64,000 nucleotides of DNA, from NCBI GenBank assembly GCA_026023565.1, contig JAPETS010000001.1, forward strand, positions 1,054,001 to 1,118,000. The letters run 5' to 3'. Under the pieces are notes generated by a model, which worked only from the letters and a program-made list of their open reading frames with translations, was not told the DNA's origin and ran no database searches. Source of the DNA: Cirrosporium novae-zelandiae (lineage: Eukaryota). Position 1 is the first letter of the stretch; every line of letters begins with the position of its first letter. This document shows, in pieces, positions 51,701 to 64,000 of this stretch. The translations under genes were made by a program, and so were the position numbers.

Positions 51701-54085
51701 AGATCATCGAACAATTTCACAGAGCTAAAATAGGCCTCAAACGGCTTCCGCATCCCAAGTTTAGTGGGTATAACTGTTCTGGTGCTAAGAGCTTCAATGA
51801 TCGATGATTTTGAAGATGGACTTAACCCGTCAAACTGCTTTGATAGTACAGGTAGCACCTGTTTGGCAAAAATGGGGTTGTCTGTGACATCCTGCTCAGC
51901 ATCAAGAGCGTTTCGGTTGGAAGAATTTTCCAGTAGCCAACGGATCCAAGGGACTACCTGTAGCTCTTGCCAACCAAGTGCTTTATAATGCTTCTCCTGT
52001 AGAAATTTGGTGAATGCAAATGGCATTGTATTAGGAGGCACGGGTAGTTCGGGTGGAATTTTGTTCGCGTTGATGAAACACTCTATTTGGCTAACCATTA
52101 GAGGCTGAGGAGGCAACTTCGATCTCGGTATTCCTTCTGCAACAGTCACACTTAGTAAAGATTGAACGCTGAACTTATCAAGCTCATTTTTGTAAGCTTT
52201 AGGCCCAATCCATTTGATAAATTCCTCAAGCTGTTCAGCAGTCAGCAGTCTTGCCTCCAAGGCCTTCTTGATATCAGAGACAGAGATTTCGGTGATGACG
52301 CCAAAATCAATCAGTTTATTTATAAAATCTCGAGCACCCTCTCTTAGCTTCTCCGGGAGAAGAGGGACACCATCAACGAAACTCAGCTTTTCGGAAGCAA
52401 CCCGGATCTCGTTACTTGGTAGTACGCCATTTGAAGATAGTAAATCAATAGACTCACTTGCACCGCAGAGCCAGAAGGTTTCTTCGATTTTTTGAGAAAT
52501 CTGGGGCAAGGGTGTAGACTCTTCGAAATTAAAATGGTTTAGGATGTTCAGAGCTTCAGGAATTACACCCTCTATGTCCTTTTCGTCGAGCTTCCGCCGA
52601 CCTTCGTTCTGAAGTTGATGAGAAAGCTTACTTTGGATGTTGGACATCTCTATTGACCAGGCAACCCTGCAGGTGATACCGACGGCTCTTAAAAGCTCTA
52701 CATTCCAAGTTCGTACCCACCGAGCATTCAGATCTATACTTTCCCTCTCCACGGTTGGTATCAATGATGGGATAGAAATATGCGCCTTTATTCCGGTGGT
52801 TTGTTGGGTAGGAAAACCTATGAAGATTCTACCTGATTTTGAAGGAAGGACTTTTGTGAATATAACCGGGGATTTTTTGGTGGAGCTCGGTTCGTTTTCT
52901 TCGAAAGAAGAAGTCAAAATTGCAACCTTGGTGGTTTTAGGAGGTGGCTTTTTGGTTGCGCGTTCAAGCTCCTGTTTAAAAGATGAAGTTACCGAAGTCT
53001 GGAGAGAGGCTGTGGTAGTATATAAAAAGGCGATAGCTGTTGAAAGGTCTGTCAGATTTTCGATTGGTTTAGGGCTGCTGTTTTGGTCTTTCCTTGAACG
53101 GTCTCCCAAACTATGCGAGGAGTTCGCAGTCAGCCTTGAAAAAAATGATCGTAATGATTGCCCAGCGTTACTAGCATTCCCACTATCAGCAGAGGGATTT
53201 GGGGTCTCTGATTTCCAGTCTACAGCGTTCATCCAACTCGCATCAAGTTGAGCAATCGCACGATGGACTGCAGTTACTTTCATCATCCCCTCGGCAGTTG
53301 TGGTATGAAGACCCCGAGGAATAGAAACTTGTGTACTTGGGGCTTCTTTTTTTGATAAACTGAGCAGTTTCCAATCATCAAGCCACAACTCAATCTCTTC
53401 CAAGGCGACAAAGGTAAGGCTACTAGCAAGAAATTGGCATAGTGGTAGCAGGCCTGGTATGGGCGAAGTTGTGTTTCTGTAATCCAAGACAAAATTTGTA
53501 TTTGGATTATTATCTTCCTCAGAAAGCACAAGACGTCTTGTGAAGAGTGAGTTTCCCTTCCAGTAGAAAGCTAGGGCCTCTCTTCCAGAGCTGACAAAGG
53601 GCTCCTCGCAATCTGCAAACACACTGTAGAAGCCGACACCGAAAGCGCCTATTTTTGTCTCGTCGGGATTTCCTTCTGCGATTCTTTTAAGCCTCGACCA
53701 ATCGTCGTGACCAAATGGGTGGCCATTATTCGAAATGACTAGTCGCTTGATGGTATGGTATGTTATTGTATGCTTTAACTGGGCAGAGGGATCGGTTGAT
53801 TGGGGCACAGGCACGCTCGGAGATGGTATTGACTCGAACTTTACAGTGACTTTCGAGGCCCCCGCGTCTGCAGCGTTTTGAAGAAGTTCTCGTAGTACAG
53901 TCCTGTATAAATCCAGCCTGTCAGCATACTACCCCAGTAGCCTAAGGACGATAACATTACCATTCTCCTGAATATCTTGCTAAAACCTTATCGATTAGAG
54001 CACGAGTATTTACAGTAACAGCCTCCTCATCCGCAGTTGAGTCAAGGGTACGAGCCTTTAGCTTGTTGAAATCAATAGTTGTCAT
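48741..54085 (-). CDS. Large protein with N-terminal GHKL/sacsin-like ATPase, central DUF3684-like region and C-terminal HExxH motif; introns 53903-53960 and 48799-48862
   Basis: Spliced ALIDKVLARYSGEWTVLRELLQNAADA, NNG, KIGAFGVGFYSVF (GHKL boxes); C-terminal CHELAHN; last exon ENFVMQYFENLMAKLLQG*. Confidence 0.85.
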
Positions 54086-54423
54086 GGTTATTTTGCCGCT
54101 TTGATAGGCGGATACAATATCTCTAATGTTGAAGGAACTTTTTGCAATAGACGAGCTAGGGCCTTATGCATATCTCATAGAAAATAGGGATAGTGGCGAT
54201 GTTTATGGATTTATATAAATAAATAGGCCATTAGGTGTTGACCGTGTCCGAGCGCCTGAAGCAGGCAGGTATTACTGTACTCTATGAATTGAAGGCTCGG
54301 CCTTAAGGACGCAATATCTAAACGCCGAGAAACGCTTGAGAAAAAAATGATAACAAAGTAGTGGGAGTTGGTGAACAAGAAAAAGCTTCAAGTTATCCAA
54401 GTCGAAGGAGAAGAAAGTTATAG

Positions 54424-54567
54424 GTACTGTACTGTACTGTACTGTACATTATTTGTTGATTTAGATAATAGTGAAGCCCCTTGTTGTTGACCTAAGACCC
54501 AATAGATGGTTAGTGTTGATGTTCCCCGTACTCAAGTTTCGGTTGGACCCTGGTACTGTACTGTACT
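54424..54567. repeat. Two (GTACT)n arrays (54424-54447, 54553-54567) in a divergent promoter
   Basis: Seen directly. Confidence 0.85.
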
Positions 54568-54805
54568 CTTAGTAGAAAGTTCCTTGTTCAAAGTTTGGTT
54601 GGCCACACTCAACTTTCTACGATTAACTCGTACATTACCACCTTCCTCCACCACCACAATGGTGTTGGATGTCTCTTTGTGACTTTGACTGCTTACACAT
54701 CAGTAAGCAGTCCATCCTGTGAATTGAATGCACCATCAAATGGATCAATGATCTTGGTTATCTGTCAAATCGCAATCCGTCATCCTGACCAGCCCAAATG
54801 TTACT

Positions 54806-57800
54806 ATGGGACATGACCCTCTTTCACCGGTCTCGCCGGCGCGGCTCAAAGTCCTTCTGGTGCCAGCAGGAAATATCAAGCACACCAGGTTCTCGAGCTT
54901 CATCTCGAGATTAAAACCCCATGATGTTGTTCGTTTGGGCGACGTGAGCCCAGACAAGGAGAATAGAAGTCCGTTTAAACCTTCGCCTTCAATCCCTAAT
55001 TGATTCTCTTTGCAGACTTATAGCTGATAGCTTCTAGATATGTTTTCGCCACTAGCCTTTCCTACAGGTACAATACTATTCGACTTGTGTACCTCTATTC
55101 CTCAAACCTCTTACCAAGATCTTTCTCCCTTCGAACTTTTCAGAGACCCATTAGCTATCATCGGCATCGCGGATGCCCAAGAGATCGGTGCATATGATCA
55201 TACTGACCAGATTCCTGATGGGTATGAGGAAGACGAAAACAGTTCCCCATTCTCGGCCCAAGTAAGGCAACTATCTTTCCAAGTTGAAGACCTCCAAAGT
55301 CAATTTCCCAAAGCCTTACTGCATCATATACTGCTTTTTGACCATGATTTGGCTGGAGAGAATATTACAGCTCCAGAGGGGGTGATATTGGTACCTTCGG
55401 TGGAGAGCTGTACAACGACCACCATGAAGACCGTCATGTGCGATTTGACCTCACTGCTATTAATTGAAATGACCGTCTTTGCCAATGATATACAACTACT
55501 TCCAACACTTGAATCTCCAAAGGATTATTCTAATAAGGGAGGTGCCAACGGACATGTATCGAGATATAGGAGCGCTAGTAGTCTTTCACGCCGAAATTCT
55601 CATGCCACCCTCGGGGATCAGCAAAATCCACCCGATCCAGAATATGTGGATATTGAAAGAATCCGCCATCGCATGTCCATGCCAGTGCATCTTCCTTCGG
55701 TTTCCAATAATTTATCGCGCAGCAGCTCCCGAACAATTTCCCCTCCTAGTGGGCGACAGACACCTCCTATAACTTTTAATGAGATCGCAGAGGGCTTGTC
55801 AGGGGCTCCTCTAGAAAATATCGTGACGAGGTCAAGTGCCGGAGCAGCTTCACGAAGTGGAAGTCGAGACAGGATGTCAGTCCAAGTTTTGGGATCTGGT
55901 AATACAAACGAAAAAACCAAGACCAAAGGGAAGGGGCGAATAGGAGTTGTGATGGGGGCTTTATATCTGTTGGCTGGAAGATGGCCAGATGCTGTCAAGG
56001 AGCTTGTTGATAGTGCTGTGGTGGCCAAAGCTAGTCACGACTACCTATGGCATGCAAAGGCACTTGAGAGTATATTGGTGTGCTTGCTGATGTTAGGCTG
56101 GGCAGGTATAGACTTTCATGTAAGAGCTCAGTTACATATTTCCCGGCGTTAAAGTTTTGTCTACCTATATTACAGAGTAAAAGCTAACCTCATTTGCGAG
56201 TCTTATTACAGATCCCCCAGGTTTGTTATCCAACAAATGAAAAAAATAAGTCCGGTCAGAATACGCCTTCTGGGAGCAACATAGATGTGAGTTCTGGGCG
56301 AATTGCCGCTGCAAATCGTCTTGTGTCTCTTCAGAATTTGACGAATCTACTTCCCGACTTGATGAATATGATTCTTAATCTTTACGAGCGAGCTGAAATC
56401 TCGGGAGAAGGAATACCACAGTTGGCGTACTCCGAAGTAGTCCTCCGCTTTGCAAGGCTCCTTACAGCTATCCAACGATTCAATGGAAAGATCGATGATG
56501 ACGTATTACATCATGTTATCTCTGAATCTCAGTATCCTTCAAACGCTCAACTAGCAATTTCACGAACAAGAGATATCCCTTCACTCAGCGAGATTGCGGC
56601 AATGGTTTTTCGCGCTTTCCCTAGTACAGGAGAGACGGAACTAAATATTTCAGATCATGTGACAATTCTCGCAGGCATGGCTTCAATCCTTTCTGATCTC
56701 GGATTTGAGAGGAAGAAAGCTATTGTTTTGAGGGAACTTGTTGCTCTTTTAATTCCTGGATTGGTAGAAGCACGAAAAGTTGGCGCTGCAGAGATGGGTG
56801 TCCATCCCGCAGCTGGCTTGATGGCTCTAGGTGCACTACAGGGAAATTCTTCCAACTCCGCTTTAGATATAGAAGGATCTGGCCTGGATGGTGGAATTAA
56901 GGGTTTGTTGGATATTCTTGGACAGATTTATGGCACGATTAGATGTCCTGATGTCACAATGGTGATGAACCATATCACTAATGGATCGGACATACAACCA
57001 CAACAACAAGAGGAATCCAAAGGATATCCCCCTGATTCTATGGAAGGAATTGTGGCAAGGGTCTTAAGAAATAGAAGGTTGTGGTATTTTGGCAATCTGA
57101 ACCTCAAAGTTGATATTTTGAAATCATCCATCAATCTCTGCGAAGCGCTGCCCGATTTGCAGGGTGTCTTGCAGTTTACTGTTGATCTTTTGCAAACTGC
57201 TGCGGGTGCAATATTGCAGGCAGCTCCTCTTGATTCCAGCTCAAAATTACTACGGCCGGAAGATCAGGTCCGGCTGTTAAATAATTTAAGACGCACTGTG
57301 AGTGCTGGTTACCAGCTCGGGGTCACGGGTCTGCAAGCTGAATTTTGGGACGAATTCATTGTTCGGAATGTTGAATTCCAAGAACTACCATATCTCAAAA
57401 GATTAGCAGCTCATGAAAAAACGGATTTGGAGCTTGTTGCTGCCCTTGATGAGAAAAAGGAGAAAAATCCCTTTATTCATAATCCTTTCTTGAGAGCAGG
57501 GAATACTGTAACGACCGACCCAGTTCTAGTGGAGGGCGAGGTAGCAGATTTCCGGGTGACGTTACGCAACTTTCTTGATTTTGAAATTGAAATCGAAGAG
57601 CTAAGCCTAGAATCAGAGGGCGTGCAACTTGAGGCATTGGGGACTGGAATTAAAGTAGGACCAAGGCGCACGCAGTCAACCGTTATTGCAGCGACTCCGA
57701 AATCTTCGGGTACCGTCGCCATTACTGGGTGCATTATCAAGGTTAGAGATTGCCGAAAGAGACGATTTTCCATCTTCAAAGATATCTGGAAATTTCGGCC

Positions 57801-59589
57801 AGATGTCAAAATGAAGTGGATCGGGCTTGCTGCAGCCCAGCCTCATACAGGACGCCCAATATCCACCTCGTCGAACCCTAGGCGCAGTAGAGCTTTCATA
57901 CCACAGGAAGGTCCGATGGCCAGTAAATTCAACTTCCAGGTCATCGGGGCTCAGCCTGTTGCTATTGTAGAGTCTACTTCTCTTTCTCAAGCGTCTTTAA
58001 TGATATTGGAAGGGGAGAGCACAACCTTTGACGTTATTTTACGGAACGTCAGTCTTACAACACCTATCGACTTTTTCCTCGTTTCTTTCCAGGATTCATC
58101 CTCCATGCAGCTCGAAGTAGCTCTTTCTGAAAAGGATCTACTACCATCCGAAATTTATGAATTAGAATGGCAACTTTACATGAGACAATCTTTAGCTTGG
58201 CGGCAGGATGAGAAGGATTCACATTCCGTGGGTCCTGGGCGAAGCACAAAACTTCAGATAAATGTGTTTGGAAAGCCAGGTTTATCGACAGCAAAAGTTT
58301 TCATTGATTATGGGCGCCTAGGCAAGCATAAATCTCAGGTGGAGGAAACGTTCTATACACGGCGAGTGGAGATTCCCATCACTGTTACTGTAAATGCTAG
58401 TGTTGAGGTGGTCCGAAATGATGTCTTACCGTTCGCTGGAAATTTCACATGGGCATATCAGAAGACACCCCCTGCCCTGGACAATGGAAGTGCTTCACCC
58501 CTTTCTGGGGATCGAAGAGCGTATAGTGTTAGTGGCATTGAATCACTACTGAGACGCGTGGACCTCAACACTCCTGGCAGTGATCACTGTCTTCTCCTTG
58601 TCGATCTTCGGAACGTTTGGCCCTATCCACTTCGCGTCGCTCTCCAGGTTTGTGAAGCTGTTCCTGGCCCAAAGAGCTCCAACAACGAGCATACTCACGA
58701 TCCTTGGAATCATGCATTCACGGTCAGCGAACTACTCCAGCCTGGGCACACTACCCGTGTCGTACTTCCATTACCTCGACTTTTTGTCAAAAGTCCACAC
58801 GCCCCTATCCCATCCCTAAACCCCTCTTCCCGGCGCCAATTTGTCTTGAGCTCTACCAACAAAATATCCCCAGCAGCTGAACGTACTGTTCGAGAAGCTT
58901 TCTGGTTCCGCGAAGAAGCTTTGAAGCATATTCGTGGAACATGGTCTGAGCAGCATGGTGGTCGTACAGGATCTATCGATCTTCGCGGTCTTCGTTTGAC
59001 ACCTCGCATGGTCGAAGCAATCCGCCTTGATGAACTGGAGATCGGCTTCAGCCTTTCCTCTTCTTCCCCACCATCATCACCAGACCCATCTAATCCTAAT
59101 AACGACTTAATACCTCAAGCCCACCAAGCTGGACCTTCAAGATATATTGTCAAACCTGACAGCTTCTATCTCCTCACAGCCCGTATCCGAAACCGTTCCG
59201 GGGGTCCTGTTCACCCACTTCTTCGCCTATTACCATCCCTTCGCCATCAGCCCTCACCAACAGCACTCGATTTAGCCCGGCGGTTCGCTTTCACCGGAGC
59301 ATTGCAACGGGCTTTGCCAGTCCTAGGTCCTGGGGAAGAAACATCTATCGAAATGGGTGTGTGCGCGTTATGCAAAGGAGAATTCGAGATTGGTGCACTA
59401 GCGGAGGAAATCCGGGTAATGAGCGAAGACGAAAGAAAAAGAGACGAGAGAGCCAGTACGGGTATGTATGGTGGAGTGGGTGAGGAAGTAATGAAAGGAT
59501 CCCGGGAAAGAAGGTTGTGGATTGCAAGGGACCCCTGTGTGATTATTGCGTCCGAGGAAACCGCGTTAGGGCCACTTCCTGAATCCTAG
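54806..59589 (+). CDS. TRS120: TRAPP-II subunit Trs120 (TRAPPC9; HypA-like); introns 54969-55037 and 56120-56211
   Basis: DPLSPVSPARLKVLLVP, VRLGDVSPD...NMFSPLAFPTG, LYLLAGRWPDA, DYLWHAKALE, LGFERKKA, NPFIHNPF. Confidence 0.9.
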
Positions 59590-60036
59590 ATTTTGAAAAA
59601 ATTTTGGTCATAAAGGGAAATTCGAGATTTTGTGCACCACTACGCGTGCTTTCGAAGGCTATTTTGAATGTCATGTAGCGTGGGAAGGAGTGAGTTGGGG
59701 CGTTTCCTGCATGATTCTCGATTACGAGGAGATGGGAGAATGTGTCCAATGACTTGATGTTAAATATCTCTAGATACCCGCCACGACTCTTAATGCATAG
59801 CTGGGTTTAAATATCCTGCATTCATTCGTTCGTTCGCACGTTCACTATGTAATGTTTATCGATAGCATGCTTGGAGGGTGTATGGAGATTTGAGGGACAT
59901 GTTAGACCACACAATACAACAACAGAAGCTTTTAATATATTACACACCACATTTATATAGATAACACTATAGCGGTTGTCTACATAATCTATTGACACGG
60001 GTTATCCATGTAATAAAGACTCAGCACCTTAGAACC

Positions 60037-63132
<3,096 letters not shown>

Positions 63133-63829
63133 ACATGCCGTTTCCAAGAGAACTGCCTACAACCGGGCTGGGAGTCTGGAATAAGGTAATTGAAAATAGA
63201 TAAGTCTTCCATCTTTTTAGTGTTTAAGCTCATATATTCTTTTCCAAAACGGGTTAGTATACTCCAACTTGATAGTAGTTCCTTTGGTTGGATGTCAAAA
63301 TTCCGGCGCCGATGATCTGCATGAACTACCAGAACTTCTCATCAAAAAGGGACAACTTTGTCCAGAATATCTACTCTACACCCTGTTGAGCATGTGCTAG
63401 AAAGTGCAACCGAGGGAACTATATTCTACCATCGTTTTACTTATGACACGCAAGAGTGTCGGACCCAGAATTACACTCTTTTTTTCTCTCTAGCTTTTCT
63501 GCTAGTTATGTATTCATCCTATCTTCTTTAGGGAGCATGATCTTGGAACTCGATGATAGTTCAAATGACCCTCTGTCATGGGAACTGTAATTTTCATTAC
63601 ATAGGGTAACTTTACATGCTGGAACAGGAACTGATGCTAATTACCACATTTTGATAGAAGCATCACATGCAAGCTTGTTCAGAACCTTAATTTCCCGTTC
63701 CAGTTGCTAGACGCCAAGCGCTGGAAGCGAGCGGCTAAAGTACTGTCCTTGTGGCCGCGCTTTCGTCATCCCTTTCAACTTACAACACATCTGCACATGT
63801 AGCCCCAATTTCATCAAGTCACTGCAATA

Positions 63830-64000
63830 ATGGCAGTGGCACGACCACCTTTCTCATATACAACATTCCAACGACTCATTCGATCCTGTGAACCATCAGT
63901 TTCTCGTCCATGGAGAGACTCCACCTCCGGTTTGCGTCAACCACGAGCTGGCTTTCGCTCCTCCGCGAAGCTCGCTGCTCCAGATACCCAATCTCATGGG
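63830..64000 (+). CDS. 5' end of a probable mitochondrial protein, running off the window
   Basis: Open frame MAVARPPFSYTTFQRLIRSCEPSVSRPWRDSTSGLRQPRAGFRSSAKLAAPDTQSHG; Arg/Ser-rich with an RxFxSSA cleavage-like motif; divergent from NAM2. Confidence 0.5.
   Translation, partial: MAVARPPFSYTTFQRLIRSCEPSVSRPWRDSTSGLRQPRAGFRSSAKLAAPDTQSHG

Noticed and set aside
52637..53251. 204-aa antisense ORF, and other antisense ORFs within SEC16, NEO1, TRS120 and NAM2
   Set aside because: Shadow ORFs of long coding sequences; no independent motifs.

Overview
Eukaryotic DNA from a filamentous ascomycete (Pezizomycotina-like: short spliceosomal introns with CTAAC/CTGAC branch sites, gene-dense). About 18 conventional protein genes, mostly housekeeping: ADI1, an F-box-like protein, MMM1, a SARAF/DUF1183 protein, SEC16, NEO1 flippase, a secreted IgE-binding-like protein, PAC3-like chaperone, DHR1 helicase, an orphan 7TM protein, FDH1, a small membrane protein, the formin SepA/Bni1, MSS1, a large GHKL-ATPase/DUF3684/HExxH protein, TRS120, NAM2, and the 5' end of a probable mitochondrial protein. 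Exon boundaries were reconstructed by hand. The standout sits in the apparently empty interval 45.3-46.3 kb: four minus-strand copies of a 7-codon micro-ORF encoding MGRGGYN-stop, differing only at synonymous sites (one copy starts with ATA), downstream of a single TATA box. This is a candidate polycistronic micropeptide gene too short for the ORF track. Other points: an in-frame FDH1 intron that doubles as a mitochondrial presequence, GC-AG introns in both genes of a divergent pair, and an orphan GPCR-like protein. No rRNA, tRNA, CRISPR or intact transposon was recognised. All family assignments come from motif recognition, not database searches.
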